Positions 51,284 through 63,818 of a stretch of 64,000 bases of DNA are shown here, piece after piece. The position numbers and the translations under genes were made by a program. The notes under the pieces were generated by a model, which saw only the letters and a program-made list of their open reading frames with translations, made no database searches and was not told the origin of the DNA. This DNA comes from Callorhinchus milii (taxonomy: Eukaryota): the NCBI RefSeq assembly GCF_018977255.1, contig NW_024704743.1, positions 66,590,001 to 66,654,000 on the forward strand, written 5' to 3'. The first letter of the stretch is position 1. Each line of letters starts with the position of its first letter.

Positions 51284-52659
51284 TAGGATTTATTATTGCA
51301 TTTCTATCAAAAGGATGCATTAATGATTCCTTCAATGGTGATTTATTTTCTTGCTGTGATCGAGGTTACTGTAACTGTACAGTCTGTACAATGTTCAATG
51401 ACTGTACAGACTGTACAGTAATTTTTCTCTGACTGGTTAATCTGTGATGCCAAGGTGGATTATTCTGGTTGCAGCAATATAGGAGTCTGTAAACTGGATA
51501 AGGTACTTTACTCCTACATGAAACTGAAGTACATACGTTGCTCAGATTTAATGCCGTATCTTGTCTAGCTGTAATAAATGGAACATTACAAACACGTTTC
51601 AGTAAATTGTACATGTCAGCAAGGATACTTACAGCACAAGGTTGATGCTTTGCATGCAATGGAAACATAAAGCAGATTTAACTTTCAGTATATAACGTTT
51701 GTATGCTTTTTTAATGAACATTTTCTCCTCCTTTACTTTTAGTGATTCTCCCACTTGCCACCCAACATTCAACTGAGAGAGTGGGCAGACCATCTGCTTC
51801 TAGCCTTCTCCAAACAGTATGCCTCACTCTAGTCTCTGGTGGCTCACCCACTTATTTCCTTTCTTTCCGTATGATTAGAATTAATCATTGCTTAGCGTAA
51901 TGGAAGCTTTATTACTCTGCCTTGTTTATTCAGTCAAAGTTGAGATCCAATATTCAATCTAGTTTCCCAGTCATTGGCATTGAGCTTGGTTTCAGGTCCG
52001 TTCACCCAACTGGGTAATTCAGGTTTGGCACTGAAGGAATTTTTAAATTTATAGAGCACATGTTCAATCCAGTGAAGAATTAGATCAGTTACTGAAGGAA
52101 AAATTCAAAACTGTTTATAGATATCAAAAGGTGAAGAAACGGAGGGGAAAGATATTAACTGCAACAACCATCTTAATTAAATTGTGGGTGTTCAATGGAT
52201 AGCTCGCTGAAGCTACCATTAATAATAATCCTTACATTTGATACAGTGCCTTTCATGTTGGGAGAACGTCTCAAGTAGCTTCACAGGATTTTCTGTTAGG
52301 TGTAGTAACCATGTATTTTGTGGGCAAACACAGCAACCAATTTACACATAGTAGTGCCCCACAAACAGCCATTAAGTGAATGATCAATTTTGTCAGGGGA
52401 TTGTTGACCAGGAAACAGGAAAAATCTTTTTGAATGTAATCTTTTCAAAATTCAACTAACAGTACGTAATACAACAATGTATTACGTACTTCGATTGTTG
52501 AGAAAGGAAAATATTTATGTATTTGGATATATGGAAAAAAAGTTTAATATATTGAGCTTGAAATTACATTCCATGTACATAGAAACTATAAAGGGAAAAT
52601 ATTGCAGATGCAGGAAATCTTAAATAAAATAGAAATCGTTGAGAACACTCAGCTGTTTG

Positions 52660-53920
52660 GGATGAGAGAGGGCAGATGGGGTTGGAGGTCGGCAGAAGAC
52701 ACGGTCAAAAAGGAGAGTCTTGAGTCTTGAGTCATGCCTTGAAGGAGACAAAAGAGGATTGTGGGATGAGTTCCAAAGGGTGGGGCAGAGAGGCTGAAAG
52801 CCCAGACGCCGATGGTAGGCAGATCAAGGGGGAGACATGAAGCAGGCCAGAGCCTGCTGAGTGGAGGGAGCGGACAGGTTGATAGGGGGTCAGCAGGTCA
52901 GAGATGTAAGAGGGGACAAGACCATGGAGGGCCTTGAAAGTGAGGACGAGAATTTTAAATTCTATCCTCTGAGGGGTGGGGAGCCAGTGGAGTCGGGCGA
53001 TGGTGGGGGTGATGGGGTCACGGAGCCTGGAGTGGGAGAGGTCATGAGCTGCAGAGTTCTGGATGATCTGCAACTTGTGGAGGGAAGAGTTGGGGAGGCC
53101 GACAAGGAGGGAGTTTCCATAGTCGAGCCTCGAGGTGACGAATGCATGTATGAGGGTTTCGGTGGCCTGAGGGGTGAGGGAGTGGCAGAGTCGGGTAATG
53201 TTGCAAAGGTAGAGAAGGCAGAGCGGGTCATGGCATGGATATGGGGAGAAAGGACAGTTGAGGGCCAAACAAGACCCCCAGGTTCCTAACTGGCTTGGTG
53301 GGGTGGAATGCACATCCCTGGATGTTGATGCTGCCGGTGCCTGAGATGCTGAGGCGCTGGTGCGAGTCCATCAGGATGGCCTCAGTCTTGCTGACATTCA
53401 GCTGTAGAAAGTTAGCTCTCATCCAGGACTTGATATCAGACAGGATGTCAGTTGTCCTGGAATCGAGGGTGGAGGCAGAGAGGTAGAGTTGGATGTCATC
53501 CGAGTGCATGTGGAAGTTGACCCCATGTTTGCGGATGATGTCACCAAGGGGGAGCATGTAGAGGTTGAAGAGGAGGGGACTGAGGACAGAGCCCTGAGGA
53601 ACACCACACAAGACTGTGTGGGGGCTGGAAGAGAAACCGTTGGCGGAGACAAATTGGAAACGGTATGAGAGATAAGACCTGAACCATTCAAGGACAGAAG
53701 TTTGAAGGTTGAGATGGGAGGAGAGGTGGTGGAGGAGGATGGAGTGGTGCACGGTTTTGAAGGCAGCAGAGAGGACGACGTCGTTTATCACCTTGACCAA
53801 AGCAGTTTCCCAATTGGAGTGGGTCGTGAAGGGAGTGGTAGGAAAGGAATGAGCAAAGCTGGGAAGGAACGACTCTTTCAAGGACCTTCGAAAGAAAAGG
53901 GAGGTTGGAGTTGGGTCTTT
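52660..53920 (-). mobile_element. L2 LINE fragment with reverse transcriptase domain (catalytic YADD decayed to HSDD)
   Basis: GVPQGSVLSPLLFNLYMLPLGDIIRKHGVNFHMHSDDIQLY and [19 protein letters not shown]. Confidence 0.9.
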
Positions 53921-53941
53921 AGCTATTCTTCCGATAACATC

Positions 53942-54262
53942 GTGGAGTCCTGCAGCTCAGTGGTTAGAGCACTCGCTTTGCAAGCGAGAGACCTGAGTTC
54001 AATTCCAGGCAGGGCGAAACCTTGGGCAAGTTTTCTTACTACACACGCCTAATAATAATCCCTCCAAAAAAAACCAATAATAAATTGGTCATTTTCAATC
54101 TACGACTGTTTGTGGGACATTGCTGTGCGCAATTGGCTGCCGCGTTCGCCCACAAATATACAGTCAATTCACTTTACAGTGTGTTCTGTGAAGCGCTTTG
54201 GGACGTCCTCCCGACGTGAAAAGCGCTATATCAAATGCAAGGATTATTATAATTATTATTAT
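53942..54262 (+). mobile_element. Young tRNA(Ala)-derived SINE, full length (reference copy)
   Basis: A box tagctcagtgg, ctcgc-tttgcaa-gcgag anticodon-like arm (TGC), B box gttcaattcc, (TAT)n tail. Confidence 0.93.
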
Positions 54263-55650
54263 TAACATTGCTGACTGTTTCGGTGATGCTTCCTGCTCTC
54301 GCCCTGAGCTGGAAAATGTCATTAATTTTGCTTCCAACTTCCACCCCTCCCTTACCTTCATATGGTCCATCTCTGACCCTTGCTTTCCTCGACTTCTCTA
54401 TCTCCATCTTGGGGCATGGACTATACAAGGATATTTACAACAAGCCCAGCAACTCCCACAGCAACCTCAAATACACTTCTTCCCATCCCGCTTCCTGAAA
54501 GGATTCCATTGCCTTCTCCCACTTTTTCTGCCTCTGCCGCACCTGCTCTGACAATGCCACCTTCCACACCAGAGCTTCTGAAATGTCCTGCTTTTTGCTC
54601 AGCCGAGGATTCCCCTCTACCATGGTAGACAGGGCCCTCAACCGTGTCCATCCTATTTCCCGCAGCTCTTCCCTCACCTCTTCCCCCCATCCCAGAACCA
54701 TGATAGGTTCTTCCTGTTTTCCGCCTACCACCCCACCAGCCTCTATGTTTGACGGTTAATCAAACCTCCATTATTTCCACCACCTCCAGCGTGATCCCAC
54801 CACCAAATGCATCTTTTTCTTCCCTCCCCTCTCAGCATTCCAAAGGGACTGTTCCCTTCATAACTCCCTGGTTCACTCTTCCATCACCACTAACACCTGC
54901 TGTCCCTCCCCCAGTACCTTCCAATGCCAGAGTAGGAGATGCAACACCTGCCCATTCACCTCCTCTGATACTGCTGTCGAAGGCCCCAAACACTTCTTCT
55001 TGGTGAGACATCAATTTACATGTACTTCCACTATCCTGGTATACTATATTCACTGCTCACGATGTGGTTCCTCTACATCGGGGATGCCAAATGCAGATTG
55101 GATGATCACTTTGCCAAATACGTAGATTCCATCCACAAGTGCAATCCTGAGCTTCCCATCACTTGCCACTTTAATTCTCCTTCCCACTCTGACCTCTCTG
55201 TCCATTGCCTCCTAAGCTGTTCCAACAAAGCTCCAGAACAGCACTGATTTTTCCCCTTGGGCCACCTTACAGCCTTCTGGCCTCAACATTGATTTTTAAC
55301 CACTTCAAATCTTAAACACAGGCTCCCATTTTCTCTCGGCCATGCACCACGTCCCCCTCACTCTGCCTTTTCTATAACCAGTCACACATCCTCTGGATGT
55401 CAGGCACTCGTTTCTTTCTATAATCTCCCACTATTGCCTTCTTCTGTCTTACACCATCAACATCTCTGACCTCATCATCTCCTGTCCTCCACCTAGTTTT
55501 TTCTTTGTTTTCCTTGCCCCACCCTCTTCGCTCCCTTCTAGCATCCTCCAGTTCTGATGAAAGATTTTGACCTGAAACGTTAACTCACTTTCCTTTCTTC
55601 ATAAGTGCTGCCTGACCTGCTGAGTGTTCCGAGCTATGTCTATTTTTATT
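54263..55650 (+). mobile_element. Penelope-like retroelement, 5'-truncated and decayed (RT C-terminus, GIY-YIG endonuclease, 3' terminal repeat)
   Basis: Frameshifted INFASNFHPSLTFIWSISD, FLDFSISI..DIYNKPSNSHSNLKYTSSHP, and LYIGDAKCRLDDHF (GIY-YIG). Confidence 0.85.
55550..55585 (+). ncRNA. Minimal hammerhead ribozyme motif in the Penelope 3' terminus
   Basis: agtt-CTGATGA-a-agattttgacct-GAAA-cg-TT-aact: perfect stem I and intact core, but degraded stem II. Confidence 0.55.
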
Positions 55651-55880
55651 GAAGCTATAAAGGTGTTTTGATAGCTTCTATGTTCATGGAATGTATTTTC
55701 AGACAGCACTGCCCTATTTTATTTGCACCAAAACTTTAATGGGGTGATATTCTTCTTTGTGATTGTTAGTCATTGACAGGGTCAAAATCAGACATAGCCG
55801 ATCAGAAGCCATTTTCAGAATGAAGCTCTGGGGTTACTTTAAGAAGCATAATGAAGTGTCATCTATCTAGCTTATATGAA

Positions 55881-56013
55881 CATGGCTGGCCTACATAAAC
55901 ATGACAGACCTATATAATTATGTCTGACCTACATAAACATGTCTGGCCTATATAAACATGACTCACCTATTTAATCATGTCTGACCTGTCTAAGCATGTC
56001 TAATCTATATAAC
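55881..56013. repeat. 19-bp minisatellite, 7 degenerate copies
   Basis: Consensus about catgtctgacctatataaa, repeated in exact 19-bp register. Confidence 0.85.
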
Positions 56014-56999
56014 CATCAGTATTATTATTAAGGTCTTACTTGTGGGACATCTAACTTATGTTTGCGGGACATTGCTGCATGCACATTAACTGCCCCATTC
56101 ACCTACAAAATACACAATCACTGGACTCTACAGTTTATCCTATGAAATGTTTGGGATGTCTTCCCAATGTGAAAGGCGCGAAAGCAAATGTAAGGTTAAT
56201 TAATATTTTTCATACCTTTAAGTTTCTTCCCCCCTTCCCCATAATGTCTACTCGTCCTCTGCATAAGCACCAGCAGTGGTAGCATCAACAGTAAAAACAA
56301 TGTGTTAGAAAAGAATATGTTAGTCACATACTCCTCCAAAATTTCTATCCCATTTCATCTGATCTGAAGGAGCTCATGAGCTATTGAATCGGTGGCTGAG
56401 GAGCCAGGAAAGAATACCAAGGACACCAAGGATACTGCATCCAATCCAAATTTACCGTATTTGTTTTTCTTCTAAAGAAACAAAATTGTAGATTGTTTTT
56501 GTGTCTGGCTTTTATCACCTGCCCTAAAGTGAAAAACCTGTCTGAAATGGCATTTACTGAAGGGGGATCTAAAATGTCCAGCAATTATTATGTCCCAGTT
56601 ATGGGCTCGCACTGATTCAGATACCCCGATTTGAGTGCATCCAAAGACTCTGATTTACAACAAAGCTCAACATGGCATTGAATTTGTGCAAATGCAAACA
56701 GCTGAGCTGCTCAGCATTTGGTTGCTCAATTTAGCAGGACCCATGGGAGTACAGGATTGTAGAGCAGCCAGTCTTAAATTAAACATTGTGTGCTCACCTA
56801 CACCACTCCCGGTGGTTACAGGGGGCAGTGCTCAGGCACTCCGCAACCTGATTGACGGGGTTGCTGTAAGTATAGCTTGGACTGGGAGAGAAATGCTAAG
56901 GACAGCGGTCGACTGGCTCAGGACAGAATTCCTTTTCCACTGCACCCTACATTGGCAAGAAAAACCTAGGCTTAATTTCTGTTCACATTATCTCAGATA

Positions 57000-57210
57000 A
57001 CAACTTGCATTTATATAGCATTTCAGGATAGCACCTCGGAGCACTGAACAGTGGTAGGGTTGGACGCCGAGCGAGGGAAAGGGGGAAAGGGCAGGTGACC
57101 ATGGGAGCGGATGAAGAGGTAGGTCTTGAAGTGGGATTTAAAGAGAGATAAAGAGATGGAGATGTGGAGGGATTGAGGCAGGGAGTTCCAGGTTAGGTCA
57201 GCAATGGAAG
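57000..57210 (-). mobile_element. L2 3' end
   Basis: LTWNSLPQSL..FKSHFKTYLF plus tail. Confidence 0.75.
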
Positions 57211-57422
57211 AACTGTAATTGGTCAGTGTCTTTTTACAAAGAAGATGTTCCAACACTTGACATTATCTACTAAACACCATACAATACAATTCAAGCAATT
57301 CAATTTATACAATGCAATTCACATTTACAATGTGCATTCCATGTTGGGATGATGTCTCAAAGCACTGGAGTTTAATGTGCACTGTTATCTAGTGCAAGAA
57401 AGTTTATTGTTCTACATTTATA

Positions 57423-57778
57423 TGGAGTCCTGAAGCTCTGGTAAGAGCACTCACCTCGCAAGCAAGAGACCTGGGTTCAATAACCGGCAGGGCGAAACAA
57501 TGGGCAAGTTACCTTACTCCACACACCTGTTTACCTAGCAGTAAGTAGGAACCCGGTTGTTAGTCAATTGGCAGATCGCTTTTCCAGGAGTAATAATTCC
57601 TTCAAAAAAAATAGTAAATTGGTCACTCAATCCACTACTTTCTGTGGGACACTGTTGTGCACAATTGGCTGCTGCGTTTCACCCACAAAATATACAGTCA
57701 ATTAACTTTACAGTATATTCTGTGCAGCGCTTTGAGACGTCTCGAAGACGTGATATCAAATGCAACAATTATTATTAT
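57423..57778 (+). mobile_element. Older long-form SINE
   Basis: Head, internal ctgtttacctagcagtaagtaggaacccgg...ttccaggag segment, and tail. Confidence 0.85.
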
Positions 57779-58896
57779 AACCTCATTAGAAACTTTGCTA
57801 ACATGTGTTACCTTCCAAAAGGTACACACATTGTTTTTATAATTTTATGGGAGTTCCAATCACTGTTATCTTCCTTTTGACTATGTACTTTGGGACAGGG
57901 GCAAAGATGAGATACACAGATACATGTCCTTTGTGAAAAAAAGTATTCAAAATCCTATTGTTGCAGTGATCACTTATTCCAGAAAGGATTATTGCGAGTG
58001 TTTCTATTCAATCAATGAAGAATTAACTCAAAACGAGAAATGTAACGACAATGTAACTCCTATATCATCTTGCATATATCAGTCAGATATTAACTCATAG
58101 CTGGTTGTTTCACATTCCACACTGCAATCATAACAATTTAGTAGACACCTGGAGAAGAAACTCTGACCATTTTTCTCAGTAACTTTGAGTTTTATACACC
58201 ACATAAAAAGATGTTATTTGTTTGTTTGTGGAACATTGCTGGGTGCAAATTGGCTGCCGCATTTGTCCACAAAACACACATCCTCCCAACGTGTAATGAT
58301 TATTATTATTAAGATTTTTTTATTTATCTTACTTTGATTTTACTCAAGTTTGCTTCAAGAGGAGAAATTAAGACCACTCCAGGCCCTTCTAGTGCAAGAG
58401 TGAGATCAGAAGCTTGAGAGTAGAAGGCCTTATTATAATCTGCTTATTTCCCTATCGCTGCACTGCTCATTTTGTATTATTTCCATTTGCTCTCCCTCCC
58501 TTGCTCGGCATCCAATTCTGTGCATTGATCTGAGTCTGTGGTCTGTGACCACAAAAGACAATGAAGCAAGTGAAGTCTCATTCGAAATGACAGTCACATT
58601 ATTTTGTGAAATAGTGAAACCTCGTTTTGTCTCATCTAACACAAAATAATGCAGTCATCATTTTGTCATCTCAATGGGTTTGTAATCTTATGCTTTTCTT
58701 TTTGCTGATACATAGATATTGTAATTAATAAATTATTAATTCATTCAACGTGTGTTCATTGAGAACTGGATGTTTGCTTCATAGAAAAAATAACAACCCT
58801 AATATAATAACAATTGATAAAATGTCTTATCACATCAAAATATCTCAAATCAGATTCAATAATAATAATAATAATAGATTCCATTAGATTCAATAA

Positions 58897-61000
58897 TAAC
58901 AACAACTTGCACTTATATGGCGCCTTCCACGCAGGGTAGTGTCTCAGAGTGCTTAACAGTGGCAGAGCCTGACTCCGAGCCGGTGAGAGGAGGGAGGTGG
59001 GCGTAAGCACGGTCGAATAGGAAAGTCTTCAGATGTGACCTGAACGAGGGAGAGGGGCAAGGTGGATGGATTGAGGAAGTGTTCCAGAGTTTTGGGACGT
59101 GGTGGCTGAAAGCACGATATCCGATGTGGGCCAGTGGGTGCGAGGGATGAGAACAAGGCCAGTGCCAGTTGAGCGGAGGTGCCGGGTAGTGGAGTGGGAG
59201 TGAGGAAGTCAGAAAGATAGGGAGGTGCCAGGGAGTGAATGAATTTGAACACAAGTGTGAGGATCTTGAAATCGATCCTTTCTGTGATGGGGAGCCAGTG
59301 AAGCTTGGCCAGAACTGGTGAGATGTGGGTACAGAGTTTGGTCCAGGTCAGTATGCGGGCAACAGAGTTTTAAATGAGCTGAATCTTGTGAATGGTGGAG
59401 CTGGGGAGACTGGCGAGAAGTGCATTGGAGTAATGCAAGCGGGAGGTGATAAACTCATGCACGAGAGTTCGGCTGCATTTGGGATAAGGTACTGTCGGAG
59501 GTGGGCAATGTGGCAGAGGTGAAAGAAGGCAGTCCTGGTCAACGACTGGATGTGGGGGCGGAGGGACAGTTGGGGGTTGAACCAGACGCCTAGGTTGCAC
59601 ACTGGTTCATTGAGTCTGAGGGAAAGCCCAGTGAAGTTGAGGAGTTTAGATCCACAGACGATGATGGGAGACAAGGAGTATGGCTTCAATCTTGTCCATA
59701 TTCAGCTTCAGGAAATTTACACTCATCCAGGCCTTGATGTCTGCCAGACAAGCTGATAAAACATTGGCGGACCTGGAGTTGGTACTGGAAGAGGCAAAGA
59801 GATTTGTGTGTCATCTGCATAAACGTGGAAGTTTATTCTGTGTCTGCGAATGACATGGCCCAGAGGGAGCATATAGATAAGGAAAAGAAGAGGGCCAAGG
59901 ATGGAGCCCTGGGATACCCCGCAGGTGATTGGGCAGGGGTGGGAGGAGAAACCATTTGCTGAGATGAAATGGAGGTGGTTAAAGTAGGACTCGAACCATG
60001 CGAGTGTGGTCCCACTAAAGTAGATGAAGGAGGAGAGCCGATGGAGGAGGATGGCATGGTCTGTGATGAACACGGCAGAAAGACCCAGGAGGATGAGGAG
60101 GTAGATGGAGCCCTGGTGACAGATAGAGAGAATGTCGTTTGTGACTTTGACAAGTGCTGTCTCTGTGCTGTGGGCAGGGCGGAAACCAGACTGCGGGAGC
60201 TCGATGAGGGAGTGGAGGGAGAGGTGTCACCAAAGTTGACCTGCAACAATGCATTCCAGGGTAGGTTGGAGATGGGATGGTAGTGTGGGAGATTAGAGGG
60301 ATCGAGGGTGGTTTTTTGGGGGAGGGGTGTGATGACAGGGGTGTGGAACAGAGCCTGAAGGGGTCAAGATGTGGAGTCCTGTAGCTCAGTGGTTAGAGCA
60401 CTCGCTTTGCAAATGAGAGACCTGGGTTCAATTCCAGGCAGGGCGAAACCTTGGGCAAGTTTCCTTACTCCACACGCCTAATAATAATCCCTCCAAAAAA
60501 CAAAAACAATAATTAAATTGGTCATTTTCAATCTACGACTGTTTGTGGGACATTGCTGTGCGCAATTGGCTGCCGCGTTCGCCCACAAATATACAGTCAA
60601 TTCACTTTACAATGTGTTCTGTGAAGCGCTTTGGGACGTCCTCCTGACGTGAAAAGTGCTATATCAAATACAAGGATTATTATTATTATAAGATAGCAGG
60701 TGGTGAACTTCATCTGTGTGATTGTGGTTGAGAGGGAGGAGGGAGAAATGGGGGCAAAGGAGTGTAAGGAGGGGTTAGTGGCAGGAGCTGTGTTGGAGGG
60801 AGAAGGCGGTGTGGATGGTCTGGGTGGGGTGGAAGGGTACACATGGGGGCGAGGACAGTGCAGCCAAGCAAATGTTATCAATTTTTGAGGCAAAGAAATG
60901 TAGGACCTCTTCGCACTTGGTGTTTGACATGAGTATAGAGGGGGTTTGAAGGCATGCATGGAGGAGGTGATGGACAGTGGAAAACAGCATGTTTTGGATT
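58897..61000 (-). mobile_element. L2 LINE ~2-kb fragment interrupted by a SINE
   Basis: [57 protein letters not shown] and CEEVLHFFASKIDNI. Confidence 0.88.
60371..60689 (+). mobile_element. Young tRNA-derived SINE inserted in L2
   Basis: Full length, flanked by aagat at 60366-60370 and 60690-60694. Confidence 0.92.
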
Positions 61001-61129
61001 GTTGTTTGCCTCCAGGATAACTTTGGAGTAAAAGTCAGTTTTGGCCTGTTAAAGCGAGAGTCGGTAGATGCGGAGGTGTTCGAGCCACAGCTGTGTTAAA
61101 TCATGCGGCTGTATTTCTGCCATAATAAC

Positions 61130-61295
61130 TTTCAGTAGGGAATTGGATATGTACTTGGAAAGAAAACATTTACAAGACTATGGGGAAAGAATGGTGGAGT
61201 GGAACTAATTGTATAGCTCTTTCAAAGAGCCAGAGTAGGTACGATGGGCCGAATGATCTCCTTTTGTGCTGTAAGATATTATGATTCTATGATTT
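61130..61295 (+). mobile_element. CR1 3' end
   Basis: gatgggccgaatg...gtgctgtaagatattatgattctatgatt. Confidence 0.75.
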
Positions 61296-63595
61296 CAGAG
61301 TTTTCTGGAAAGTGTAGTGATTGTGCATTTGTACCAATCAATGTTACCCACAACAATGTCCAACAAACAGCTATGAAGTGAACAATCAATTCCATATCTG
61401 GAGGATAGCCTTAAACTCAGACCAAACTTGATTAGAACTGAGGGAGGTCAAGAAGCATCTCTTAACTCAACAGGTAGCAAAGATGTGTAATCTGCCCCAT
61501 AAAGCTACATAAACAGAGTCAATAGGGAAGTTTAAAAGAGAGATAGATGGATAAATACTTGGGTCCTTATGTAGTACAACACAACAACTTGCATTTATAT
61601 GGTGCCCTTCAAACAGGATAGGGCCTCAGAGCCCTGCACAGTGGCAGGCTTGGATGCTGAGCAAGAGAGAGTGGTCATAGATGTGGTCAAAGAAGTAGCA
61701 GAGGTAATAGGAGTATGGTAAAAGGATGAGATATTGGGATTAAAGGATTTGCCAAGATATAACAAATTAATAGAACAGGCTCAATGTCTTGCTCCTGTAT
61801 TTGCCTATGTTCTGAAGAATAGGTAGAAGTTCAGGCCATAGAGAGTAGCTGAACTTAACTTTCCAAAGGTCTGGTAAACAAATTCTGGTTTACAAACTTT
61901 ATGGCTGGTGAATTTCAAAGTTCAAATCAGTAACGTTTAAAAGAGGGCTAGTGAGTAGAACAGCCAAAAGGACTATTTTAGACTTTGATGACTGAGGTTT
62001 GTCAATCCCTCGCTGTGAATTTCTCAATCTCTTTCTAGCTTCATAAACTGGAACTCACAAACAAGATGTTTCAATTAATTAAAAAAATCCTGTTTGTGAA
62101 TATCATAAAATAGACCCCATTAAGTGTGTATTAGCAATGAGTAAAAGCATTTTTGAATCACTGGAGCATTTGACCTTTGTGGAGAAATCTGTAGGAAAAT
62201 TAATCTTGAGAATCTTAATCTAAAAATCCTCAATCTTTTACGTAACTAAAACATAATGTAGTTAGGATTACGGAGAACCTGTTTGCAATAATATGCTTGC
62301 GTTTCTCTTCAGTATTTCATTGTGCCCAGTTTAGTGAGGTTTTAATGCTGAGTTTATCTTCAGCCTTTGAGCAAGTCATTTTCATTTCCTTAGATTCATG
62401 AACCAATGTGTGCTAATGGCTCCCTCCTTGTATTACTAAGCTCATAACATTAAACTCCATCTGCCTTCCCTCTGATTGTGTTTTGTGTAAATATTACATA
62501 AAGCTAAAGGCCTGACCTTGGCCTAATCCTTATCATTGTAACTGGAAGAAGCTATAGAAAGCATCGTTAAACTAATTAATTTGTTTAAGAGACACAAATA
62601 TACAGATTCTTAGAATATAAACGTGCATGCAAACAAATAGTGAAAAAGGTTTCTGCTCAGTAAAAAAAAAGAATTTATTTCCTCACATTTCATTTTCTAT
62701 AGTATTAAGTGAGCTTCTGTTGTGAAAAAATTGCATTCTTGTTTGCTGAACAATTACATGAATCTGAACTTTTCAAAGGGACAATGGTCACTTTTGAATG
62801 GAAGGGAGCAGTGAGCAGCTGAAACCTGGGCTGTAGCTTGAACAATTAAACTCACTTGAAATGTGAAGACATCACTTACATTCACAAAGTAGTCGTAGCA
62901 TGCACATTTCATATGTTAAAAATAATGGAAAGATTAGTGCATTTATGCCCCTGACACTGCAGTGGTTAGAGCGGGAAGCTGGTTGAATATTTAGCATTTC
63001 ACAGTGCTTTCAATCGAGTCGGGGAAAAAACTCAGTTTGTGTTGAATGAGTTAAGCCTGTATTCTGCAAATCAACAATTAAATGCTTGGGGCAGAAGGTT
63101 CAACAGCACTAATAATTGGCTTCATAGCCACTTTAGTAGTTTGAAGCACAAACAACAACAGCAACAAAATTACATTTGTATAGTGCCTTTCACGTCGGGC
63201 ATTTTCACAAAGCAAGGCGGCAGAGGGCAGAAGAGGAGGGGAAAGGGGTTTACCCATGGCCGGGCATCAACTGGGGCATCAACAATAGTTTCCATAATTC
63301 ACTATAACAACAAAGCAACAACTTGCATTTATATAACACTCTTCACGCGGGATAGAGTCTCGGAGCGCTTATATCCCATTATAAATACAAACCTCTAATG
63401 CTGATAAATTTATTAATTAATACATACATAATCATATTGTTTATGGCTAAGGATTTATTGAGGCTGAGCATTTATTTGAATTATAGAAATCATGGATATT
63501 TAGAGCACAGAAGAAGGCCATTTGGTCCACTATGTCTGTGCTGGTTCTTTTAAAGAAATGGGACTGGAGGAGCAGAATGACCCCCTTAGTGTTGA

Positions 63596-63818
63596 ACAAA
63601 ACACAAAATATTACAGATGCTGAAATCTGAAACAAAAACAGAGAGAGCTGGAAAACTCAGCAGGTCAGGCAGCACCTATAGAGAAAGGAGAGTGAGTCAA
63701 CGTTTCAGGTCCACAACCTTTCGTCATACAGTTCTGACAAAGTGTTGTGGACCCAAAACGTTGACTCACTTTCCTTTCCCTATAGATGCTGCCTGACCTG
63801 CTGAGTTTTCCCAGCCTT
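63596..63818. mobile_element. Palindromic non-autonomous Penelope-terminus element with a 15-bp flanking direct repeat
   Basis: Inverted arms at 63647-63726 and 63735-63815; cccccttagtgttga at 63581-63595 and 63819-63833. Confidence 0.8.

Noticed and set aside
52732..53881. 193-aa and 217-aa ORFs as an active reverse transcriptase
   Set aside because: Frameshifted L2 remnant with the YADD motif mutated and no endonuclease domain.
53942..54020. tRNA-Ala gene (and the other copies of this head)
   Set aside because: It has A/B boxes and a TGC anticodon-like arm but no closing acceptor stem, and it is always followed by the SINE body, so it is a SINE head.
55881..56013. CRISPR array
   Set aside because: Contiguous tandem units without unique spacers, in a eukaryotic context with no cas genes.
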